64,000 bases of DNA from Haliotis rufescens (Eukaryota), in the NCBI RefSeq assembly GCF_023055435.1, contig NW_025964223.1, positions 5,022,001-5,086,000 on the forward strand. Direction: 5' to 3'. A program made the translations under genes and the position numbers. Numbering within the stretch: position 1 is the first letter of the stretch; the number at the start of each line of letters is the position of its first letter. Of the stretch, positions 25,590-38,660 are shown in pieces. The notes below the pieces were generated by a model. That model did not search any database, was not told where the DNA came from, and was given only the letters and a program-made list of their open reading frames with translations.

Positions 25590-26790
25590 TATATGAGTTT
25601 TCAACATTCTATAATATACAGTTTGGTCGATAATGTCAAGGAAAACGACCACGATTGCAGATAAATATCATTTAGTCTCTGTAGAAAAGAACTGATATAT
25701 ACACTTTCAGTTCTTACAGATTGTGCATACCAAACATTTCCAAAACCATTCATATATAAATAGAGGAAATCTACCACATTCTCTCCATAAACCATTGCGT
25801 GAGATGTATTGGTTTTTACACCAAGAAATGTTTTACATGCATACAAATTTTTCGATATTATTAAATTGTTTTATTCCCCAAATTTCAGCACCGTTAAGTA
25901 AAATTGGTTTAATTTTAACATAACAAATCTTAAAGAACTTGTATGACATGCAACGTTTATAACCAAGGACTTTTATATTCTTCAAAATACCAAATAAAAT
26001 CTTGTTGACGTGGACTGATGCTTCCCTTGGATGTATAGACCAATTTAGATTTTTACTTCAAAATACTCAAATATTTATAGTATGTAGTTACATTCTTTAA
26101 CGATTTAACTGTTCACATTCAGTATGAAACCATTCATTATTGTATTTACTTCTTCCAGCTGGCTTCTTCGTGTCATTTGCCGCGGCACATAATGCATCTG
26201 TATTAAACTCTATACTTCCATCAATGTCACTAAATCTCATATCAACTGATTTATCAAGTAATTCTTGTATATGATCGGATAAAATGTTTTCTCTAAAACA
26301 TTCAAACCTTTTGAAGTCCAGTTTAGATCTGCATGAGTTCTGATTGTTGCCAGTGTTATTTACAATTTCACAGGCTTCACACGTTCTTGGCTTCAGGGTG
26401 AGCGGAAGATGAGGTCACTCTGCGCGTGGTTCGAAAAGCCATTGGCAAGCTAAAATAGTGCTGCAAATGCAATATTATTATCTAATACGCCTGCACCGTT
26501 TTTCACAATGAATGTATACTCCCAATTTCACCGTCAGTTTCTGATCTTCCGTTCATGACATGAATGTTGCATCACGAGCACAACACTAACAATCATTTAC
26601 CAAAGTTCTTAACATTTTTATCACTTATGAAACGATTTCAACTCAAAATTGCGCACATAAAATCCCAGCTTGAGTTGCCTTGCCACAGCCCTTCTATATA
26701 TTTTATAATGTCATCTTCTACAAAATCAGACCTCGTTCCTGTTCTGGCGTTTTAGTCTCCACCACAAATAACAATAGCATCTCTTCATTT
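25590..26790 (-). mobile_element. Degenerate LINE (non-LTR) ORF2 fragments
   Basis: The - strand gives KPILL.GAEIWG...YACK.FLGVKTNTSHAMVYGE and NARTG-type endonuclease remnants; copies at ~45330-46620 and 63035-64000. Confidence 0.75.
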
Positions 26791-27599
26791 TGATGATATG
26801 TCCAACAAACTTTTTTGAAACATAGTGATGCCAGATAAAATGTTTTTAATACCATTCCTCAGGATGGATATATACACATGCATATAATATGTCAGCAAGG
26901 CTTTATGTTCATAGACTTTTTTATATACAAAATATAGTCCGTGTAAGTGACTTTCACATCCTCTACATCATCCAACCAAAATTCTGTGAACTGTGGCTGT
27001 GGTGTTTCAAAGAAAAATCTTTATTTCAAATGCCGACTGATGTGGGTACATATTTAGAGTAAAGTGATATGTGTCTGCATGGGATACACACCAATGCTTG
27101 TCTGTCTTTTTGTGTTAGTAAAAGCGACAAAACCCTTTCCATATTCATAAGACACATTTGTTATTTCCAAAAGGACATGTCTTTGTATATTTTATCAGAT
27201 ATATATTGTCTCTTCGCCAATCCATTTCTTGTAACTAATCTTTCCTGAATATAATATTGTTTAAATCACGTATGTGAAAATGTAGTGAAAACTATTAATT
27301 ATATCAGCAGGTCATTTTCCTGAGTAGAACGAATAAAATGTGAAATATCATGTCATAATTCACACTGAATCTCACACGCACCATTGTCAGTCCCTATGAA
27401 AATCCATTCATCACCACTTGGTGCCTGTCAAATCAGAGAATACACGTCCGTGACCTTCAGCTATACTTACACTACCCTGGTGTTTATGATAGCTTGCAGC
27501 TATCATCTGTCGACCACACTTGGCATAGTCCACAATGGAGATGGATTTATGTAGCTGGTAACTTCAAAGATATAATCGATGCAATAAATTGAAACAATT

Positions 27600-28553
27600 T
27601 AGCAACTGGTTAGATATAAACTGCAAACTTGGTGATATAAATATAACAACCTCTGACTCTGTCATGTATGGTGGCATACTACTAACACATAACCTGTCAT
27701 GTAAATCAAGTATTGAAAAATGATGTCAAAAAGCAAGACAAAGTATTAATTCGCTTAAATCTGTGGGACTCAACAGTTCTGAGCTATATCCAGCTACCAG
27801 TGGACAAATCCGGTTAAGAATTATATTAAAGACAAGTTTTTACGGCTGCGAACTGCCCTTTGATATTAAGGGTCAAAACATTAATGTCATTGAAAATACT
27901 CAACGCTATTTCGCACGAACTGTACAAGGACTTGATAAAAGATCTCCATCAGAATCCACTATTGCTAATCTTGGGCTTTGGACAATGATCGGCGATATCG
28001 ACAAGTGTAAACTTCAGGTGCTTGGCCGCTTATGTAACTTAACCTGTAACAATTTTGCTAAACATCTTTTTTGTGCACACATTGCAAATCCAAATAATCC
28101 TAAATCTGTATGTGGAGATTTATTATCAGTTCTTAACAAGTATAACCTACGAAACAACCTTTGTACATATGTAAGCCGTGGTGTATTTCCTACAAAGAGA
28201 AACTGGAAGCAACTGGTAAATAAAAACATTTATGAATATGAAGAAAATATGTGGCGCAGAAAAGTTTCCGTCAATACAGGTCTTTCACGCTTCATGCTAA
28301 TCCACACAAAGCTTACTCACCATATATTATGGCAACTAGCATATCTGTACCCAGGTCAGAGGTCTAGTTTAAAATTTTGTGTTAGAGTTTCATCACGATA
28401 CAAAACTTCCAGGGACTGTTTATTGTGTAACAAGCATGCCTTTGATTATGATAATCACATCATATTACATTGTGAAGCTCTACTGCGGGAAAGAAATGAA
28501 CTGTTTTCAACTTTTATTGATCTGCTTGATGTTGAAACATAAAGAATCTCTCT
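27600..28553 (+). mobile_element. LINE RT C-terminal fragment, present only in unit X
   Basis: ORF 27763-28542 contains FYGCEL...IENTQRYFARTVQGLDKRS...LGLWT...CLLCNK...HIILHC; it is absent from the homologous position in unit Y (~47880-47985). Confidence 0.75.
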
Positions 28554-29996
28554 TTGAGTGGTGGGTGCTACCTGTAGAGCAGGACAAGCTTAGCCTTTTC
28601 GCGAACTCCTGGTGTCATCACTGACTTTCAGTGATCCATTCATGTCATATTCACCGTTTTGCCTTTCACGACCAATGGAATCCGTTTCGACAAATATTAG
28701 AGACTGATTAGTCTCTGGCATTAACATTCTATTTTAAGAGTTTAACAGCATGCTCCTTCAACTAAGTTTTCAAAGACCGTACGACTCTTGCTTCATATTA
28801 CATGTAGATCTATGCAGAAACATTTAAACTATATGACTTTACACTTACACGTAGATGCTTTAAGAATAGCTTTGCTGTTGTTTGCTTAGGACGTTGTGAT
28901 GAGTTCGAGGATTACAAAGTCACATAAAAATGCTAGAACAATATCATGCAAAATCTTGTTAAAGTGTTAGCACAAAAACGAGGGTATTTGAAAACGGATG
29001 TATTTCTGCGAATCGAGAGCTGGTTAAACAAAGACAAGGCCATGGGTGTAGTTATAAGCTGGGTCGAGTAAACTATCCTTGCATTTTCTTCCAATACAAG
29101 CTAAAACACAAGCCCAAACACATGCTTGTTGAGATACTAAAGAACTTCAGATTTACCGACAGAGTACACTTCAACGTGCGCTTTAAAATCTTTCACACAA
29201 AATTATTTCCATTTCTTGTATATGGAGCAGAGGTATTTACATGGGTCAGACATTATCAACAGAGTACATTTATCTAAGAAATATACGACACGCGGGAGTT
29301 GTTTATCAAACAATAAAACACTGCGCAGCCCCGAGTGGTTTATTCTCCCTGCAGTGTTTTACTGTACGCTAAACAACGACCTACATTCGTTTGTTTCTAA
29401 TATGAGATCATATCAACATTTATTTACAGCCTCTTTAAGGATGATGATAAAATGTACAAGCTGTAAAAATATTTACCACAATTTTAGTAATGATGACTCC
29501 CTCAATAGAATACGACCAATTGTCCGAATAAGTCTATTGTATGCCCAGGTTGATATTTCCCGCATACTCTCACAATCATCACGTCGACTACAGTACCTGT
29601 ACCTTTTTTCCCAATAGCGATTGCCATATCTCTCCCGCTTTAGGATGTGATCGTTCGGCCATCTGTTTATCTGCGTTGCCTAGACACATCGATGGGAAAC
29701 AACTCACTTGGAACTCCATACTCAAAAATAACATCGTCCGATATACGACTTCATCAAGTTTCGAGCGCATGTTCTAATCTCAAGAAATGACGTCAATGTT
29801 TTATCTTGAAATAAATACATCATTGTGTCTTTGCGATGTATCGCGTAGCTATCTTATATAAAAGAGTATAAGTTCAGTTATATATCCATCAGTGTTATGA
29901 TATGGGGTTTTTTTGTTTAAAGAAAATGGAAAGAAAAACTGCGTTTCGTCTGATTAAATGTTGGTCAACAAGTAAGATTCAGGATATGCACGGCAT

Positions 29997-30365
29997 AGCC
30001 AAAATGTAGATTGACAAGACATATACCATATAGATATATAAATATATTAATATATTCAATAATATTTATATTAATATCTGTAAGCCTAAGCCAAAATGTA
30101 GATTGTCCAGAAATATGACATATGAATATATAAATATATTAATATATACAATAATATTTATATTAATATCTGTAGGCCAAAGCAAAAATATAGATTGTCC
30201 AGAAATATGCTATATAAATATATAAATATATAAATATATCAATATATACAATAACATTTATATTAATATCTGTAAGCTAAAGCCAAAATGTAGATTGTCC
30301 AGAAATATGCTATAAAAACATATAAATATATTAATATATACAATAATATTTATATTAATATCTGT
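29997..30365. repeat. AT-rich ~90-bp tandem repeat (4 copies; 3 copies at 49355-49607)
   Basis: Unit AGCCAAAATGTAGATTGTCCAGAAATAT...ATATTAATATCTGTA is repeated. Confidence 0.85.
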
Positions 30366-30675
30366 ACTCACAAACATGACACACTTCATGAGGGCTATCT
30401 ACAAACTGTCATTATTTTGTCTCCAATATGTCAACGTTAGTTAAATTCGTCTGCAAATATCAATGTGTTAATGCCCTTAACAGTTTATATATTTCATGCA
30501 ATGAAGTTAAGAAATAAATGGACATTTGACGTAAACAATAAAGCATTATTTCAGTAAATCCACACATATTCATACTGTATGCCTGTGACCTTTCAGTATT
30601 TCTGCAATAAAAACTTTACTTGACCTCCAACCGTCAACTTTCCTTTGATAACGAAAAACGTGATGTTAAACCCAT

Positions 30676-30791
30676 TTCACCTCACCTCACCTCACCTTCA
30701 CGCCTCATCTTACCTCCACACCTCACCTCCACACCTCACCTCACCTCACCCCACCTCACCCCACCTCACCCCACCTCACCTCACCTCACCT
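30676..30791. repeat. (CACCT)n pentamer repeat (SINE-tail-like; paralogue at 49925-50020)
   Basis: Follows GTTAAACCCATTT, like the tail of the 20190-20546 SINE. Confidence 0.8.
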
Positions 30792-31335
30792 GTCGAGTAA
30801 TATGCTAGCAGCTCAAACCTTTGGTTTCTACATATCACAACTTTGAGGAACAATTACGTATGGTCTTTCTACCACGATTTTACAGATCGGCATACAACTA
30901 TTGCTCAATTTTTTATCAGTATTCAGGGCCTTACTAAAGCTTTTAAACAGTTTTATCGAAGATATCTTGAGGACATTTCCAGATTTAATGCATCAGTGAC
31001 ATAAAATATGTCCGATGCAATTACCTTTTATGACTTGTACCATATGTTCCTGTGGGTTTTGTTCAGGTGGGCCCTTGCCTTTTCATGCGTTTGTGACGGG
31101 TGACACCGGCCGGGGTAGGATAGGCTCACATTTTCGCGAGCATCTGGCCTCATCACCATTAGATAGTGATTCATAAACAAATTAATTCAGGGTTCATCTC
31201 GGTGACACATATGAATCACACTGCCAGTCCCACGCTATGAAGACTATTAACTGAGTTGTCAGATGGCTGGCGAGATAATGTCAGAAAGATCATAGCATCC
31301 AGATTTGGTGCGTGTGACCATCAGCACATCCATGC

Positions 31336-31401
31336 TATATATACCCAACATGTACCAGTCAATCCCCAACATTGTCCACTGATATCCAGAACTATCCAAA
31401 G
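31336..31401 (+). promoter_or_regulatory. TATA box and non-coding exon 1 of A2
   Basis: GCTATATATACCC; donor CAAAG|GTAGGT at 31401/31402. Confidence 0.75.
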
Positions 31402-32189
31402 GTAGGTGTCTTTTTTTATGAACGTGTATAATATTTATCCTGTTCGTCCTCTGCTATTTCAGTCCAATGCAAACATGAAATGTACTTCAAGAAAATAATT
31501 ATGTGTATGTCCAAATTGGTACCTACAGTCGGTCGTGATTTACCAATATATATTACAATGGCTGTAGTTGGCAGAGTTGTGATGTAATAAACTGAATCAA
31601 ATCAGTGTTATTTACAAGAGTCGGTGTCAACGGAATTTCATTAAGTTATTGTCAAAATGATATCATAGTGATCCACTGTCAAGTGTTCATTAACAATTAG
31701 GCCTAGACGGTGTAATTACTGGTCTCTGAGTAAATTACATATTGTGTTTTGAGATGTCAGGATAATCTGGTTTTGTTGGATTCGTCCTAATCATAAACTG
31801 GTAATTTGGGGACGTGTCATTTTAATGACGTGTTGTTAAATTGCTCGGACAAAGTGCTCACAACTCTTAAATGGATCATTCCAAAATGATTCCATGTACT
31901 CGTACCTAGATGAAGATCGCCCTCGTCCTCCTGTTCCTGAAATCATAGTGATCCTCTGTTCAATGGCCATTCACAATTTAGACCCAAACGCTGTAATTTA
32001 TCTATGCATTTATCATATTGTGTTTAACTTGACAGGATAATCTGGGTTTGAAGGATTGGTCCTAATCATAAAAAAGTTATTTTAAAGGCGAGTATTATTC
32101 ATTCTAATGACGTGTTGTTAAATTGCTGGGACAAAGTGCTCACAACAACTCTTAAATGGATCATTCCAAACTATCTTATATGTACCTAG

Positions 32190-33546
32190 ATGAAGATCGC
32201 CCTCGTCCTCCTGTTCCTGACTGCCATGGTGGCCCTGCCCGGAACCGATTCCTGGGGTATTCGTTTGCCTCGTTTCAGGAGTATTGTACGTACAGTTGGA
32301 GGTGCCGTCAGACGCGTCGCTTCGAAGGTAGTCTCCACTGTCAAAAAGGTTGGAGATGCAATTAAATCCGGTAAGCGCATTTCTCGTGACAAGGGGTATA
32401 TTGTGAAATTGTTTGAGAGAACGCCATTTGTTATAAAGGTAAATATTTTGGGATAGGTGACAACCGAAGTTCATCTCATAGTCCTAGTCAGGCTAGCTAA
32501 AATCTAACCACGCTGTGCTTTGTTGGGAAGCCAAAAAATAAAAACGTAACTATTTTCATGAACAGGTAAACGAGACGTGAGTGAGTTTGACGTGGACGGC
32601 GACGGTCAAGTCAGTGACGACGAGATCATGATGGTGCTGGCAACCAGAGATGTGGATGACCTTGTCCAGGATGGTTACGTAACAGGTAAGGGAGATAACC
32701 ACTCTCGCGTAGAAGAGTCACGAGCCTTCTTACTTTAAGTACTACTCAAATTTAGGGAGGAGTAATTTAAATATATTTTTTTCATCTATGTGAAAGGAAG
32801 ATATTTTATTTGCATAATAGGCGCAACTGTTTGAATTCCATGGCATACAAAGCTATAAAGTCGTCTCGTTGTGGTTCCAGAATCAGACAAGGAAGACATC
32901 AGCCTCTACCAGCGTCACGTCCGTGAAGATGCAGACCTCGAGATGGGTGAGACGTTTAGCCCTACATGATAGTTGTAGAGTCAATATACATACGTTAACA
33001 TTCAACAGGATGGAACATGGTTTCAGTTAAATATCACATATTTAGGCATTAACTACTAGTATCTGATTTGAAAATGGGATTGATGTCCATTTACATATAT
33101 GCATATAACATTTCATTGATCTTTTCGTAAAATGTAAACACGTGACAGTATGTCTTAAACACGTGAACATGGAGTGTTACTGATTTTAAGATAAGTCCAT
33201 TAAAATTATATCAAACGTATGGACAACATTCCATAACCTTATATTTTCACAACAATTTCTAAATGTTTGCTCATTTCTTAAACTGGGCCGATCCTGTGGA
33301 CAAAATGAATATACCTAAATAATGCTAAATGCTTTTTAGTCTTGTTTTGTTATGTTCCTCAAAGATTGTAAATGTTCCAAACGTTGCCTGCAGGTATCAG
33401 AAATTCTTTTTCAACCCATATAAATACAGTGTCAATCAATACACATTCGCACACTGGTTTATCTCATTAATATCTGTGTAAACTTGATGATGTGTGTACA
33501 TCCTTTACATAGTATTGACAAATATCTATTATCGGTTTCAGAATAA
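32190..33546 (+). CDS. Peptide gene A2 precursor (123 aa)
   Basis: Exons 32190-32370, 32566-32685, 32881-32946, 33542-33546; AATAAA 33615-33620. Mature peptide WGIRLPRFRSIVRTVGGAVRRVASKVVSTVKKVGDAIKS, then GKR, then DVSEFDVDGDGQVSDDEIMMVLATRDVDDLVQDGYVTESDKEDISLYQRHVREDADLEME*. Confidence 0.85.
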
Positions 33547-36399
33547 TCGTGTGGACAAGCGGAACCCAATATGCTCAACTCCTCTATCTGTGTAACGAGA
33601 AGAGTATGAACATAAATAAAGTCACAAATAGCGAATGTTATTTTTTTGTATTGATAATACTTAAAATGTAATACTTAGAATGTGTGAAGCCACTTCCTGG
33701 TACCCCCAGCCGCTGGAATACTGGAATGTTCCTGAAAGTGGCGAAAACACATACATCCTCACGGAAATGTTCTGACGAGCTTGAGGCATGACGTGTTGAT
33801 GATAACGCTTGCCAGGGATAGTCATCGAAACTTCACTTACTTCAGTAATTGAAACATGTGAAGAGAAAGCAGTAGTTGACTGAACACGTGTCAGAGTGAG
33901 TGAGTGTCACTGTGTATGGGTGTATATGACTGTATGAACAAATAATGCCTTTTAGAAATCAGTCACTTGTAACAAATGGTTTTTTGTTACACTTTCTGAG
34001 TAAAGTACAAATTGTAGTTGGGATTCCATCTAGGCTTCGAACCCAAACTCAGAGTGAGGCACCTAATCGGAGTCTTACACAGTAGAATCTATTTCTAAGG
34101 TTAACATAATGGCATTATTTAATATGTCACTTACACTAACTTTTTTTTATTAATTTAAACAATTGATGTAATCATGCTTACCTATGTTAGGTATAACGCA
34201 CGTGTAACTAGACATTCCTTACAATCGACTCTGCTTTATGTAGATACTTGGATATGGAATGTTACATTAACATCCATCAATGATTACTCTTTTCCTTTGG
34301 ATTCTCCACCAACTACCGAAGAGCCTAAATTTTGGCTCAATTGTGTCACTAAGAGCATGGAGATACACGTCAAATACACCATAGAAGCACAGGGTGTAGT
34401 TATTGCAAGAAGTATATAAAAGCATAGGGGACACTTGAGTTATGAATTGGCAGATAGGCTATTACAGATATGCAGTACTGCAATGTGACTATCAGTGTAC
34501 CAGGATGCTAACACATAATGGGGAGAGAAATCACCGTTTCGCATTGTGGTCCGAAAGCATCACACATTAACCTCAGGAATAGTTTCTACTGTGTAAGAGT
34601 CCACATGTCACTATGTATTATATCAACTGATCCTAACAAGATTAGCTCTCTTTAGTAAAGATACCCCTCTATTCTCTGGGACACTCCTTTCTCCGATCAC
34701 ATAAAATGGAAATACTTGTAAATAAAGCAATCCACAGGGTAGAAACTGATATTTGAACGCTAAAGTGACCTGTGAACCTGACCTGCGCATTCCGTCTTGA
34801 GATCATATACATAATGGGCTTGTGTAAAAGACAATCCTCAACTGTAGAGAGGTATTGCCTTCATCAGCAACAAATATAACATATGTCTTAATTTATAATG
34901 CGATTTGGTATTTTCTATTTGCTACTGATAAAGCAAATTCCGTGATTTCATGTGGTGCGATAACATGCAACCCCTGCCTCCTGTCGTGCAACCCCTGCAT
35001 CCAGGCATGCACCCCACTGATAGTGGTGATACCAGCTGTTCACGAAAAGGTTAGCAATTCCTGCCCAACCGGTGTCACCCATCACAAACACGTGCAAAAG
35101 CAAGTCAATTGTTCATCTGAAATAGACTCGAGAACATACGGTACAAGTCAAAACAGAAATTGCCAAGGATAAGACTTTTCAATAGTTTTACTGAGGCCTT
35201 GAATGTTTTAAACTTGATCCGACAAATTTTTATTCTTTCTACTATCTAAATATGCTATATAATTGTCCATATACAATACACTGGTATTCGTCAGTGTCAC
35301 TTCTTGCATTATGTCGTGCATAATCCACACTATCGTATCGTACATTGGGATATTTGGTATCAGGTACAATAAGACGCGAGCACCATGCCTCACACAAAAA
35401 CACAGTGTGCATTATCATAATGTTCATCATGATCAGTGGCATATACGTGACACTTGGTGTATATATTTTATTGTGATAGATAATGCCTTTCTGCAATGAT
35501 CAATGAAACAGGTGGATGACAAATCGTGTCAATTTCCATTTACAAAAGCGTGACCTTCGGCTGTTATAACACCACTGCAACAAAGATCAGTACTGTCCGC
35601 TGACCACATGATTCGTCGTTTTTGTCAGCATAAAACACATGTACCGAATGAGAACCTTACTGGTGGGTTTCGTATTTTGCATCAGTCGGGGTTAAATTAA
35701 AAGTCTCATTGTGTGAATGATCTCATTATACTAAAACTACGACTATATCGGTATTACGTGTGTCATGGTATAGGACAACCTTTGCCTTAACGAACAAAGG
35801 CTTATTACCTTGTAGCCATGACGCTTATATGTCTGGAGTCATCTAATTGCATTGCTCGTTGTTTTATGTGAATAATGCTGTGATAAAACTTCATTTCCAC
35901 ACGAACCTGACCACAAGGAACATTCTAGCTGTTACAGCACAAGTTAAGGAGAAATACGTTTTGAATAAATTCTCATATTGTGATAGTGCTACAGAAGAGT
36001 TTTCAAAAGGAAATATATGTTATGTTCACAAATTTGATGTGGCTACAAAGCATTTATTTGAATAAATAATGGTCCTAACATCACACCATAGCAGCGTGCT
36101 ACAAGTGGAAGAATCCAACCTGTTCCAGATGAATACATTAACCATATGTTGAGGAAATGTGTTGAAGGAATATGACCGAGGAGTAAGAACGGTTACACTG
36201 CAATGATAAGTATCTATAATGCTTAACTACATAACACTGAAATCACATTAGATTGTTCACTTGTGACATGCCGTCGGGATATACTACACATCCAATAACT
36301 TTGGAATACTTTAGCTATCCTCACTATAAAGAATTTGAAATATACCAGTTGCTTGAATTATGAGAGTAAGAGAGTGTTTTGTATCCAATCATGATCGTA

Positions 36400-37843
36400 C
36401 GGCTACATACCATCAAGATGAACACCCATGGAGAGGGGATTGTCAAGCATAGGAAATGCCTCCAACATCATCAGCCACAAACAGCAAGCCGATATTGACA
36501 CCTACTTCACAAGTTCCACCTCTCAGTACTCTACTAAGAGCCAAAGGCAGGAACACAACAAAACCTCAAGGGCCTAAAGGTGTAGTTTATACAATTGACT
36601 GTCCCTCTGTCTGTTTTGGAAGTTTAACGACCGCTTCTACCACTGACAATTTCGCAGACGGGGTAGGTGGGGAAAATAAAAGAATAAATAATGAGTGAGT
36701 GAGTGAGTGAGTTTGGTTTTACGCCGCTTTTAGCAATATTCCAGCAATATCACGGCGGGGGACACCACAAATGGGCTTCATACATTGTACCCATGTCGGG
36801 AATCGAACCCGGGTCTTCGGCGTGGAATAAATAATGTTTTAATACAGGTAAACAACATACCCAAAAAACTGTAAAAGAAAGGGGCATTAACCTTATCCTA
36901 TACAACTACGGCTATAATGTACAACAAGTGTATTAAGATATAAATGAAAAGTAACGTTAAATGGTAATATATTAAGAGAGGTAAATTTCGAATTAAGGAT
37001 TTAGGGCCTGAAAAGAATAGAAAGTGCTATATAATCTATCCTAGTAATTCTAAGCTATATATGACGAAAAGCTAAAGCATAATTGGGTAAATATGTTTGC
37101 AGTTAAGCTGCAGTGTAGAATATTGGGTTATAGTGAAGAAAGAAAAAGGGTATGGGAGCCTAATATAAGTCTAAACTGGCTGGGGTGGGGTATTGATTGA
37201 TATAGGGGTGCGCATAAGCCGTGTGATTGTTGCATGCGAGGAGATGTTAGGTGGCCTTGGCCTTGAGAGGTTGGCTGGTTAAGTGGGGTTGTTATTCAGC
37301 AGTGTGGGTAATATAAATTTAGCGCGGACGTCGGAGAAGCCAGTCAGCACAATGAATTTGGATCCCGATCCGAGTAAACGTTTGTTTACATTTAGCAGAT
37401 AATGAAGATTTCATGTGAGAAGGTCTAAAGCATGGTGTTAATATAAGTTAAACAGGCAGTATACCAGATTGCGTACTAGGGACGTGCCGAAGGCGGTTTT
37501 TGGAGTTAGGGCAAGATGTTGGGGTTTTCAGGTGCATGTGGCGAGAGACCCGGAGAGGAGGGTTCTAGCCAGATTGAAGTCGAAGACAGTGACATTGTTT
37601 TTTAATAAAGTGAGCTGAGGTGTTCATGGGTGTTCAAGGGTTCTTGTTTTAGTAGAGGGAAGAGTGGTTGGTGTTTGTTGGGTCTGAGTGGATTGGGCTT
37701 GAGAAGGTAAGATAGTAGGGGTACTTTGCTGAGTGTGTGTTGACCGGTCCGAATGGGGTGGGTGGGTGGGTGTGCTTAGCTGAGCATGCTTGCGCTTGCG
37801 CTTCGGTGATAGTCTGTGTGTGTGGGTGTGTGGGTGTGTGTGT

Positions 37844-37874
<31 letters not shown>

Positions 37875-38660
37875 GGGTGATCGGTAGCTGTGCCTGAGGG
37901 TAGGTTGACGGGCTCTGAGTGTAGAGACGTGGTCCGAACTTTGGGATTCTTGGGGTTGTTGGTGTCGAAGGAGATTTGGATGTACCTTAATCCACCTGAT
38001 AGATCGGCCGTGGGGGTGTAACTGGCCACCGTGTATGACAACAGGGGTAGAATGACCTCGACAAAGACACTGGGTAAGGATTTGTTTATGCTTCGAACTT
38101 TTACAGACATGGTAATGAAGTTGAAGCAGCGTGAGTAATATCCAAATCCGATTGAATGAACGAACGTAACGAATAACCAATGAATGAATCAATTAACTGC
38201 AACTGTGGACAATCCTACGTAGGTGAAACATCCCGCCCCATCAACACCAGAATCAAAGAGCACAAAACCTCAACTATCAAATCAGACAGCCAATCAGCAA
38301 TCTCGGACCATATCAGCAACTGCCCTAATCACAACCCCAAGATGATTGGTAAATACCGCTCAAGAAACAAACTTATATTTATCAAGAAATATTGATACGT
38401 CTTGGTTAATATATATACATACATAATACTAATATAAACTACACCTTTAGGCTTGAACCTCAACTATCAAATCAGACAGTAAATCAGCCATCTTGGACCA
38501 TATCAGCAACTGCCCTAATCACAACATCAACTGGGACAACGTCCAAATCCTCTCCAACAACCTCCATTATTTCACTAAAAGAAAACTAACAGAAGCAGTC
38601 CACATTAGCCGCCACCAGCCATCAATCAACAGACATCAAGGCTATTTCATCCCTATGATT
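36400..38660 (+). mobile_element. Penelope-like element GIY-YIG endonuclease remnant, split by a nested insertion
   Basis: ...PKGVVYTIDC (to ~36601) [insert] NCGQSYVGETSRPINTRIKEH...SAISDH...INWDNVQIL...KRKLTEAVHI...PSINRHQGY; paralogue at ~54440-56300. Confidence 0.8.
36694..36824 (-). mobile_element. 5'-truncated tRNA-SINE (same family as 15981-16146), unit X only
   Basis: TSD GAATAAATAATG at 36682-36693 and 36825-36836; empty site in unit Y near 54724. Confidence 0.88.

Noticed and set aside
27763-28542. 259-aa ORF as a host gene
   Set aside because: Its motifs match the post-RT region of a LINE, and it is absent from the paralogous unit.
34174-35500. Short ORFs conserved between units X and Y (34174/53145, 34855/53851, 38727/56375)
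   Set aside because: The conservation reflects recent segmental duplication; stops and indels differ between copies, and parts match Penelope-like remnants.
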